Assembly: GCA_030629865.1 (NCBI GenBank)
Contig: DAOVOC010000001.1
Span: 1 to 33,661, forward strand
Length of the DNA: 33,661 bases
Direction: 5' to 3'
Origin: a bacterium
Lineage (GTDB): Bacteria > Babelota > Babeliae > Babelales > GCA-2401785
The first letter of the stretch is position 1. Every line of letters begins with the position of its first letter. The position numbers and the translations under genes are program-made. The notes under the pieces are model-generated. The model was given only the letters and a program-made list of their open reading frames with translations. It did no database searches and was not told the DNA's origin. Of the stretch, positions 27,281 through 33,661 are shown piece by piece.

Positions 27281-28318
27281 ATGAAACAAACATTTAAATT
27301 TATTTCTCTTTTGCTTCTGCTGATAATCCAGCAAGGCGGTCAAGCCAAAGTAATACTGGTCCACGGCACATATTCAACAACTAAAGACTGGTTTCTGCCA
27401 GAGGGCGGTTTTTGCAAAAAGCTTTTAGAAAAAAATCCAACAAAAAATGAACAAGTTATATATATAAAGTGGGACGGCGCTCCAAACAGTCTTTCTCGCC
27501 TCGAAGGGTCAGAAAAACTGGCACATATAATTCTAAAACTTCATACACAATCAACAATTAAAACTGGCAAAGAAACGCTTTCGCTTATCGGCCACAGCCA
27601 TGGAGGCAGCGTAATAAACCTAGCCTGTAACCTTCTTGAATTTGCTCGAAGCGAAATTACCGAAAATACAATGCAAGAACTTTGCGAAGAACTTTTAATT
27701 TTAAGCCTTATAGAATACGACCTTGCCAGCGTTGCACGTGCAATTTCGGAAAAGTATAAAAGTTCGCTAAATCTTCTGACTAAAAAACTAAAGCTCAAAA
27801 AAGGATTTATTAAAAATCATACCGATCTTATAAATGCCCTTGTCAGTCAAGTTGTTCTGCACAAACCACATCAAGAAACCGTGGACACATACAAAATAAA
27901 AATAAAAAGCATAATCGAATCACTACAAAAGCAAGCAGTAGGCAAGTTGGCAAAAGATAAAAAACTGGTTGAAAACGTTTTTTTAATGGCTACTCCTATA
28001 AATATGGTCGCCTACGCACCTTGCCCAGAAATAGTAAAAAAAACGTTTCTATTTTATTCAAGAGCAGACATTATACAAAATGCCTTAGGACTTTATAAAA
28101 ACCGAACATATCCAAAGAACCAACAACTCTGGAATCTACAAACGCTTGTTGCGCCAAGCCCATCAACCCAAAAAAAATATCACCGCCCTTCGCACAACGA
28201 TTTTTTCGAACCATTTTTTGGCGCTGGCATGATGTCAATTCCAGAACTTGTCAAAAACAGCAAAAAGCACGTTTCTGTGGTCTTTTTTGAAGACGGCTCG
28301 ACACCAGAACTTTTTTAA
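27281..28318 (+). CDS. Secreted alpha/beta-hydrolase (lipase/esterase-like), hypothetical
   Basis: The signal peptide is MKQTFKFISLLLLLIIQQGGQA. It has VILVHGTYSTTKDWF and the nucleophile elbow LIGHSHGGSV (GxSxG). Candidate acid and His residues lie in FYSRADIIQN and RPSHNDFF. Confidence 0.6.
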   Translation: MKQTFKFISLLLLLIIQQGGQAKVILVHGTYSTTKDWFLPEGGFCKKLLEKNPTKNEQVIYIKWDGAPNSLSRLEGSEKLAHIILKLHTQSTIKTGKETLSLIGHSHGGSVINLACNLLEFARSEITENTMQELCEELLILSLIEYDLASVARAISEKYKSSLNLLTKKLKLKKGFIKNHTDLINALVSQVVLHKPHQETVDTYKIKIKSIIESLQKQAVGKLAKDKKLVENVFLMATPINMVAYAPCPEIVKKTFLFYSRADIIQNALGLYKNRTYPKNQQLWNLQTLVAPSPSTQKKYHRPSHNDFFEPFFGAGMMSIPELVKNSKKHVSVVFFEDGSTPELF

Positions 28319-28377
28319 GGGCCTCGCCGGCCACCTTGCTTATTTTCCATTTTTCACAAATCCACACTCTTCTATCA

Positions 28378-28408
28378 TGTCCTCCCAGGCTTTGAACTGG
28401 GATCCAAG
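28378..28408. repeat. Solo REP-like hairpin unit, copy c
   Basis: TGTCCTCCCAGGCTTTGAACTGGGATCCAAG, a left-type unit with no inverted partner. Confidence 0.7.
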
Positions 28409-28450
28409 CCAAACAACATTGTTATATAAAAACTTTGCTGGCAACTCCAT

Positions 28451-28571
28451 TGTCACCCCGGGCTATGACCCGGGGTCCAGGAGTACATTGCAAGAAAAGG
28501 CCTCTTTGAAATTAAACGCTCCATCTTGTAAGAAAACTCTCTCTAGATTCCGGGTCAAGCCCGGAATGACA
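28451..28571. repeat. REPIN-like palindromic doublet (121 bp), copy d
   Basis: TGTCACCCCGGGCTATGACCCGGGGTCCAG ... CTAGATTCCGGGTCAAGCCCGGAATGACA. The first ~45 nt are nearly identical to copy f. Confidence 0.9.
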
Positions 28572-28616
28572 TCAGAACAATAAAAACGATTCGAATGTAA
28601 TAACAAATAAACTTAA

Positions 28617-28799
28617 GTCGCCGGCGAGGCGCGACAAATACAAGTAAGTTTGGGTAGAGAAAATATAAACCTTATATTTCTTGAGTTATTTGGTGGCCGG
28701 ACGCTGAGCCGTATCCTGTTGAATCGTCCGGCCGAAGAGGGCACGGGGGTTGTAGGGGATGGCAGCTCCTGGCCGTCCCCTACTTAAATACCCTACTTT
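28617..28799 (+). other. GC-rich three-hairpin module in the dcd leader (candidate structured RNA or cis-regulatory element, unclassified)
   Basis: Hairpin 1 spans 28617..28635 (GTCGC/GCGAC). Hairpin 2 is a 9-bp perfect stem, GGCCGGACG (28695..28703) with CGTCCGGCC (28725..28733), and a 21-nt loop. Hairpin 3 is a 12-bp stem, 28752..28763 with 28772..28783, with one G-U pair and an 8-nt loop. CCCTACTT is duplicated at 28778 and 28791. The module is visibly GC-rich in an AT-rich spacer. Strand is uncertain. Confidence 0.35.
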
Positions 28800-28867
28800 A
28801 TATTTCAAAAAACTTTGGCACACTACTCGAGTAACATCTAAAAAACAAAACTACACAAGGACGCGCC

Positions 28868-29440
28868 ATGCCTATCATGCCCGACACATGGATTAAAAAA
28901 ATGTCGCAGGAAACTGGAATGATAGAACCTTTTGTAGAAAACCAAGTAAAAACTGACAAAGCCAATGGCAACAAGCTGATCTCTTATGGCCTGACTTCGT
29001 ACGGCTACGACGCGCGCGTTTCTGAAGAATTTAAAGTCTTTACCAATATCGACTCTGCCATAGTCGACCCCAAAAACTTTGTAGAAAGCAGCTTTGTAGA
29101 CCGTCCTGGAACGGTGTGCACTATCCCGCCCAACAGCTTTGCACTAGCTCGAACAATTGAATATTTCCGCATCCCACGTGATGTTTTGGTAATCTGTGTT
29201 GGCAAATCAACATATGCTCGATGTGGAATTATTGTTAACGTCACACCGCTCGAACCCGAGTGGGAAGGCCATGTAACGCTAGAATTTTCTAACACCACCC
29301 CACTGCCCGCACGAATTTACGCTAACGAAGGCGCTTGCCAGTTCCTATTTTTAAAGGGCGACAGCGTTTGCCAGACGTCTTATGCCGACAGGGCAGGAAA
29401 ATATATGGGGCAAAAGGGCGTCACATTGCCAAAGATGTAA
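28868..29440 (+). CDS. dcd: dCTP deaminase
   Basis: 190 aa. It has [15 protein letters not shown] and [31 protein letters not shown], typical of the Dcd/dUTPase fold. Confidence 0.9.
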   Translation: MPIMPDTWIKKMSQETGMIEPFVENQVKTDKANGNKLISYGLTSYGYDARVSEEFKVFTNIDSAIVDPKNFVESSFVDRPGTVCTIPPNSFALARTIEYFRIPRDVLVICVGKSTYARCGIIVNVTPLEPEWEGHVTLEFSNTTPLPARIYANEGACQFLFLKGDSVCQTSYADRAGKYMGQKGVTLPKM

Positions 29441-29508
29441 TATTAGCTTCTAGAAGCGGACTCACAAACTCTCAAGAGGTGTTATCGTAAGAAACCTGTA
29501 ACAAATAT

Positions 29509-29547
29509 TGTCATCCCGCACTTGATGCGGGATCTTTTCCTTATTTT
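29509..29547 (+). terminator. REP-like hairpin unit (copy e-left) followed by a T tract; likely the dcd intrinsic terminator
   Basis: The stem pairs ATCCCGCA (29513..29520) with TGCGGGAT (29526..29533) around a 5-nt loop. CTTTTCCTTATTTT follows. Confidence 0.55.
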
Positions 29548-29645
29548 GATTGGATTTAAAAAAATATGAATTTAAAATTGTACAATAAACCCAACTAGAC
29601 GGCCCATCCAGCATGCATGTAATTTTAGAGGAAGAGATCCCGGAT

Positions 29646-29672
29646 CGAAGCCCGGGATAACCAATAGTGAAA
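29646..29672. repeat. REP-like hairpin unit (copy e-right), inverted relative to 29509..29535
   Basis: GATCCCGGATCGAAGCCCGGGATAACC. The terminal GATGACA has degenerated to GATAACC. Confidence 0.6.
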
Positions 29673-29808
29673 ACTTACATCCTGATACTAAAAACAGCTT
29701 AACAATCAAAAAAGCAGCATTTTTAATGTTTTTTGCATTTCTAGCACCATCACCTAAACTGACTTTTATAATGAAAAACATTTAATAAACAAAAAAGGCA
29801 AAACAATA

Positions 29809-31587
29809 ATGAAAAACTTCAAAACACTTTTGATACTAAGCTTTTTCGCACTTGCCGTTGGTGGCAATATTTTTGGAACAGAAAATCTGTCCCCACAAGA
29901 ACAAAGGATTAACCGTGAAATAAATTCCGCTTACAAGAAAGAATTGGAAGGACTCGTTCCACAATTGAATCAAGAAATCCAACAAGCTCAACAGCCGATT
30001 CTAGATAGAATAAACAAGCACAAAACCAAAGATAACAGTATGAAACAAGAAATCCAACAAGCCCAGGCTGGGCATAATGCACTGATACCTGAACTCAACA
30101 ATAAATACAAAACAAAACAAAACATAGATAATATTTCAAAGCAAATTCAAACTGCAAATGGAGAAGGAAAAGCCACACTACAAAGACAACATCCGCTCAT
30201 AGTACAGTTTGCAAAAGCCAAAACAACACTCGAAACTGCACGTTATCAGTCTTTTCTTTTTGATATGATTACACCAGATGAAAATGGTGCAACTGGTTCT
30301 TTACAAGCAAAAAAAGCAGACACAGCAGAACTAGAAAAAATCCGAAAAGCAACAACCCAACAAATCCAAGAACCAATCAAAAAAAAATTCGGACGACAAC
30401 TTAGTCAAAAGTTATACGCACATAAAAAAAGCATTGCTGAAAGTGAGATATCTGACGCAACATACACAATCGAACAAACAAATGTGGGAACAGGTTGGAC
30501 TAATACAGAAGCTGAAAAAACCATAATAACTAGCAAATGTGGTAAATATAAAATAAAGCTTTCCCCTTGCCATACACCATTTGAGGAATTTCAGTGTGAG
30601 CAAATCATCGGAAGCAATATTTCTATTTGGTATCAAAATGGTGAATATCTTCAAGGCGACAAGCCTGAAGATATTATTTTTTATGATAAAGACATTCTTA
30701 TAAAACTTCTGGCAAAAACCCAATTCCGCCTAGCAAAAGACTTAGGCAGAGACGGAAGATATAAAGTTTATGATCTAAGAACAGTAAGTAAACACTATCA
30801 CGATAAAGGCAAAGAAATTCCCAAAGTAACAATGGCAGCACTCACTGGCCAAGAAGCTACTACTCTTTGCGACGAAATACAGCAATTAGTCAAAGAGAAA
30901 ACTGAAGATGTTGATAATGAAGAAGACACCTCTGATGATGAATCTAGTAATGAAAATGACGCTCCTGATACTGAAGGTCCTAAAGATGGCGGTATAGAAA
31001 AAGAAAAAGAAGAACCCTGCAAAAACAAAACCGATGATAAAGAAGCGGATAAAGAAACTCTCGACCCGAATTCCGCTGCTGGAATTTTAGCTGAGATAAA
31101 ACAAGTAGAAGACCAAATGAAAACTAAACAGCCAGAAGCTTTTAAAAAAGGAGCAAATAATGACCCAGAATATCAAGCGTTAGTTACTAGGTTGAACCGA
31201 CTTCGTACAAAACGTAGTAAGGCAATTTTTGCAGAACAACATGGATTAAGACTTGCTAGTGAAGAAATCGATGATAACAACGCAACAAAAAATAAAGTTA
31301 AGGCCAAAAACATTTTACAAAGAATGTATGCTTCTAAATTCTTTTTCCCTGGCGCAATCGCAATTTCTGGCACAGCCACTTTAACAGCAACCCTCATCAG
31401 CCTTTATTTTAAGGCAAAACAAAACTGCAATCGCAGCAACACATCATTTGATAATAAAAAGCGAACTGTTGGCAGTGAATTTAAGCGCTTAATATTGCAA
31501 AGCCCACTCGCACAAATTGGACTCTTTCTTGGCGGCACAGCTGCAACCATAGGTGGCGTCATGCTGCTTCTTGAGATGCGTAAGTAA
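29809..31587 (+). CDS. Hypothetical secreted/membrane protein, 592 aa (coiled-coil repeats, globular core, acidic tract, two C-terminal TM segments)
   Basis: The signal peptide is MKNFKTLLILSFFALAVGGNIFG. QEIQQAQ... is repeated 25 aa apart (CAAGAAATCCAACAAGC at 29971 and 30046). The acidic tract is EDVDNEEDTSDDESSNENDAPDTEGP. The TMs are FFFPGAIAISGTATLTATLISLYF and IGLFLGGTAATIGGVMLLL. Confidence 0.65.
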   Translation: MKNFKTLLILSFFALAVGGNIFGTENLSPQEQRINREINSAYKKELEGLVPQLNQEIQQAQQPILDRINKHKTKDNSMKQEIQQAQAGHNALIPELNNKYKTKQNIDNISKQIQTANGEGKATLQRQHPLIVQFAKAKTTLETARYQSFLFDMITPDENGATGSLQAKKADTAELEKIRKATTQQIQEPIKKKFGRQLSQKLYAHKKSIAESEISDATYTIEQTNVGTGWTNTEAEKTIITSKCGKYKIKLSPCHTPFEEFQCEQIIGSNISIWYQNGEYLQGDKPEDIIFYDKDILIKLLAKTQFRLAKDLGRDGRYKVYDLRTVSKHYHDKGKEIPKVTMAALTGQEATTLCDEIQQLVKEKTEDVDNEEDTSDDESSNENDAPDTEGPKDGGIEKEKEEPCKNKTDDKEADKETLDPNSAAGILAEIKQVEDQMKTKQPEAFKKGANNDPEYQALVTRLNRLRTKRSKAIFAEQHGLRLASEEIDDNNATKNKVKAKNILQRMYASKFFFPGAIAISGTATLTATLISLYFKAKQNCNRSNTSFDNKKRTVGSEFKRLILQSPLAQIGLFLGGTAATIGGVMLLLEMRK

Positions 31588-31612
31588 AAATTTCAATTTG
31601 CTCTACAAAATT

Positions 31613-31732
31613 TGTCACCCCGGGCTATGACCCGGGGTCCAGAAGCACATTACAAGAACAATCATCCCAGTAATTAAATATTCACTTTACTCTAAAAGTT
31701 TCTCTGGATTCCGGATCAAGTCCGGAATGACA
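31613..31732. repeat. REPIN-like palindromic doublet (120 bp), copy f
   Basis: TGTCACCCCGGGCTATGACCCGGGGTCCAG ... CTGGATTCCGGATCAAGTCCGGAATGACA. It lies between two convergent ORFans. Confidence 0.9.
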
Positions 31733-31766
31733 TCAATTAAAAGCTCATACACCCTTTTCAATAAAA

Positions 31767-32327
31767 TTACTTTTTCTCTAGCATTTCTGTAATTTTTTCC
31801 ACTCCCGCAACAATTTTATCTTGCTTCTCTACCATGTCTGCCACAGACGTTTTTAAAATCCGCAAATTATTTCTCATCTCACGCTGTTCGCGGCCCCGTT
31901 TTATTCTAGTCATAAGCATTCTGCGTTCTTGTTCTGCTCCTGCAACAATGAGTGCTATTTTTTCAGAAATTTGCTTAAACCATTGTGCATTTTCACTTCG
32001 CATCAAAAGATCTTTAAATTCTTCTATGCCATCATTTGCAGCCATTCGAACATGTTCTGGAATCACTACTTCTTTTTCATTTTTTATAAATTCCATAAGC
32101 TGCTGTACATAAGGACGCGGCATCTCGCTAGCCATTTTCTTTTTATCTTTTTTGCTCATCGCTGTGCCACCCATACGCGAGGGCATAGTTGGAATCGCTC
32201 GCTTTGAACCAACAACTGTTTTTGCTCCTGGCTTCATTACTGGAAGCGGAACATCAACTCCACACAAAACACCGCCACTCATAACTCCCAGAAATATAAT
32301 AAACACCCTTAAGCATGCTGCTCGCAT
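31767..32327 (-). CDS. Hypothetical secreted basic protein, 186 aa
   Basis: TAAGGAG lies 5 nt upstream of the ATG. It has a hydrophobic N-terminus (VFIIFLGVMSGGVLCG), then a Met/Pro/Lys-rich segment and a charged helical C-terminal part. Confidence 0.6.
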   Translation of the reverse strand: MRAACLRVFIIFLGVMSGGVLCGVDVPLPVMKPGAKTVVGSKRAIPTMPSRMGGTAMSKKDKKKMASEMPRPYVQQLMEFIKNEKEVVIPEHVRMAANDGIEEFKDLLMRSENAQWFKQISEKIALIVAGAEQERRMLMTRIKRGREQREMRNNLRILKTSVADMVEKQDKIVAGVEKITEMLEKK

Positions 32328-32481
32328 AACTTCTCCTTACAAGAATCTTTCACCATTTTGCCTACGCTCGCTAGTGTGCTATCACAACGGCTTGTGCCGC
32401 AATAATCATTCAAATAAAAGGGATAGCATCAATACTTAATATCACCAACACAAACGCTATTCATTTTTATCACAATCTAAA

Positions 32482-32602
32482 TGTCATCCCAGGCGTAACC
32501 TGGGATCCAGTAGCACTTTTATTTTTAAAATCATATTTAAAATTCATAATTAACTTTATTAGAAAAGCTTCTCTGGACTCCGGGTCAAAGCCCGGAGTGA
32601 CA
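32482..32602. repeat. REPIN-like palindromic doublet (121 bp), copy g
   Basis: TGTCATCCCAGGCGTAACCTGGGATCCAG ... CTGGACTCCGGGTCAAAGCCCGGAGTGACA, with an AT-rich core. Confidence 0.85.
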
Positions 32603-32696
32603 TATGCAAAACAATCGAAATTTTATACACAGTCCAAAATCATACTCTTTGATTTTTTCTTGTTATACTTCTTTCCGTAATTTAAAAAATGGAAAA

Positions 32697-32722
32697 GATC
32701 CCGGATCAAGCCTGGGATGACA
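32697..32722. repeat. Solo REP-like hairpin unit, copy h, in the valS 5' leader
   Basis: GATCCCGGATCAAGCCTGGGATGACA, a right-type unit ending 14 nt before the valS ATG. Confidence 0.75.
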
Positions 32723-32736
32723 AAAAGAGAAGAAGT

Positions 32737-33661
32737 ATGGAAAAGCGTTACAACGCATCAGAGCAAGAAAAACAAATCCTTAAGCAGTGGCAAGAACAAG
32801 AAACATTTAAATTTCACAACGGAATAGAAAGGCCAACCTTTACCATCGACACGCCGCCACCAACAGTTTCTGGTTCTCTGCACATCGGACACGTTTTTTC
32901 TTACACACACGCAGACCTTATCGCTCGCTACAAACGCATGTGCGGCAAAGATGTTTTTTATCCCATGGGCTTTGACGACAACGGACTTCCCACAGAACGT
33001 TTTGTAGAAAAAAAACACAAAATTCGCGCACATCAACTTAAACGCTCAGAGTTTATCGACTTATGTTTAAAAGAATGCGAACTTGCAGAAAAAGATTTTT
33101 CTCAGTTATGGAAAGCTTTGGGCCTTTCTATCGATTGGACTCATTCGTATTCAACCATTTCTAAAAAAGCACGTAGGACCGCCCAAATATCATTTTTAAA
33201 ACTTTACGAAAAAGGTCTTATTAAGCGCCAAGCAGAACCATCATTATATTGCACCGCATGCGGCACCACCGTTGCACAAGCAGAGCTTGAATCGCTCGAT
33301 GTTGCCACAACTTTTAACACAATCGAGTTTACTGCACACGACGGCTCGCCGCTGCATATCGCCACAACACGGCCCGAACTTTTGCCCGCATGCGTTGCAG
33401 TATTTTTCCATCCAAAAGACAAGCGGTATCAGCATTTAAAAGACACTGTTGCCACAACGCCTGTTTTTAACAAAAAAGTTAAGATTATCGCAGACGTTGA
33501 TGTTGAAAAAGACAAAGGAACGGGCCTTGTTATGTGCTGCACATTTGGCGACAGCACCGACATAGTTTGGTACAAACGACACAACCTAGACTTTATTCAG
33601 GCAATCGACCGCTATGGGCGATGGACAGAAACAACCGGGCCACTGGCGGGGCTTAAAGTTA
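32737..33661 (+). CDS. valS: Valyl-tRNA synthetase, N-terminal part (continues beyond the window)
   Basis: Translation from ATG 32737 reads MEKRYNASEQEKQILKQWQEQETFKF...TIDTPPPTVSGSLHIGHVFSYTHADLIARYKRMCGKDVFYPMGFDDNGLPTE. This is the class I HIGH region with the ValRS-type context. The frame is open to the end of the window. It is absent from the ORF track because there is no in-window stop. Confidence 0.85.
   Translation, partial: MEKRYNASEQEKQILKQWQEQETFKFHNGIERPTFTIDTPPPTVSGSLHIGHVFSYTHADLIARYKRMCGKDVFYPMGFDDNGLPTERFVEKKHKIRAHQLKRSEFIDLCLKECELAEKDFSQLWKALGLSIDWTHSYSTISKKARRTAQISFLKLYEKGLIKRQAEPSLYCTACGTTVAQAELESLDVATTFNTIEFTAHDGSPLHIATTRPELLPACVAVFFHPKDKRYQHLKDTVATTPVFNKKVKIIADVDVEKDKGTGLVMCCTFGDSTDIVWYKRHNLDFIQAIDRYGRWTETTGPLAGLKV

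Noticed and set aside
28692-28733. tRNA- or tmRNA-like 3' end: the minus strand reads ...CGTCCGGCCACCA
   Set aside because: The 17 nt preceding the putative acceptor strand cannot form a T-arm (CAGGA/CAGCG are not complementary). There are no D or anticodon arms, no tag-peptide reading frame nearby and no GGGG 5' end. The CCA is probably fortuitous.
28704-28735. Group II intron domain V (starts GAGCCGTAT)
   Set aside because: The 3' half does not reproduce the RTACGGTTC partner strand or the GNRA-capped 34-nt helix. There is no intron-encoded RT or other intron domains nearby.
28700-28750. Riboswitch resemblance: CTGAG...TGAATCGTCCGG (TPP-like) and GTCCGGCCGAAGAGGGCACGGGGG (guanidine-I/ykkC-like fragments)
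   Set aside because: Only short partial matches exist. Key invariant blocks as I recall them (ACCTGA and GCGTAGGGA for TPP; CTAGGGTTCCG and GGGA-AAAAGCCCGGGAG for ykkC) are absent, and a dcd gene is not a known target. It is kept only as an unclassified structured element.
28378-32722. CRISPR-array interpretation of the recurring ~30-nt palindromic units
   Set aside because: The units occur in both orientations and as inverted doublets. Their spacing is irregular, from about 25 nt to more than 2 kb, with whole genes between copies. Sequences differ between copies, and there are no cas genes or leader.
27281-32736. Integron cassette array with the ~120-bp imperfect palindromes as attC sites
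   Set aside because: The conserved-ends, variable-core architecture is superficially attC-like. However, the termini lack the RYYYAAC/GTTRRRY cores, essential genes (dcd, valS, pheS) sit between them, orientations are mixed, and identical elements occur at unrelated housekeeping junctions (15.4 kb, 25.9 kb). No intI is present.

Overview
This is a chromosomal window from an AT-rich, compact diderm bacterium. It is probably a host-associated lineage with a reduced genome, but that is my guess only because no search was possible. Most of the window is ordinary housekeeping: pepP, recR, yidC, truB, rpsT, rpmB, ftsH, tolQ-tolR-tolA-tolB, dapF, a cysK-family gene, gltX, rpsU, rbfA, a prepilin peptidase, nrnA, a folC-like gene, galU, pheS, dcd and the 5' part of valS. 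Two real genes are missing from the supplied ORF track because they run off the window edges. One is valS (32737..33661, +). The other is a signal-peptide ORFan (1..1008, -) whose 3' end is interrupted by the tip of an IS30-family element (1..130). The best candidate for something undescribed is 27.2-32.7 kb. There, three signal-peptide ORFans (a lipase-like hydrolase, a 592-aa coiled-coil/acidic/2-TM protein and a 186-aa basic protein) are interleaved with pheS, dcd and valS. Every gene junction in that stretch carries a nested-hairpin REP/REPIN-like palindromic element; the whole window has 14 hairpin units at 8 loci. An unexplained GC-rich three-hairpin module sits in the dcd leader. Other points worth checking are a porin-like outer-membrane gene split by a single in-frame TGA, and a DapF homolog whose first catalytic Cys is Ser and which is translationally coupled to a divergent CysK-family PLP enzyme. 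There is also a secreted Ala/Lys-rich histone-H1-like protein, and a Gly-zipper anchor motif shared by three ORFans. I found no CRISPR array, rRNA or tRNA genes, or recognisable defence or toxin genes. All functional calls rest on motif recognition by eye, not on database searches.
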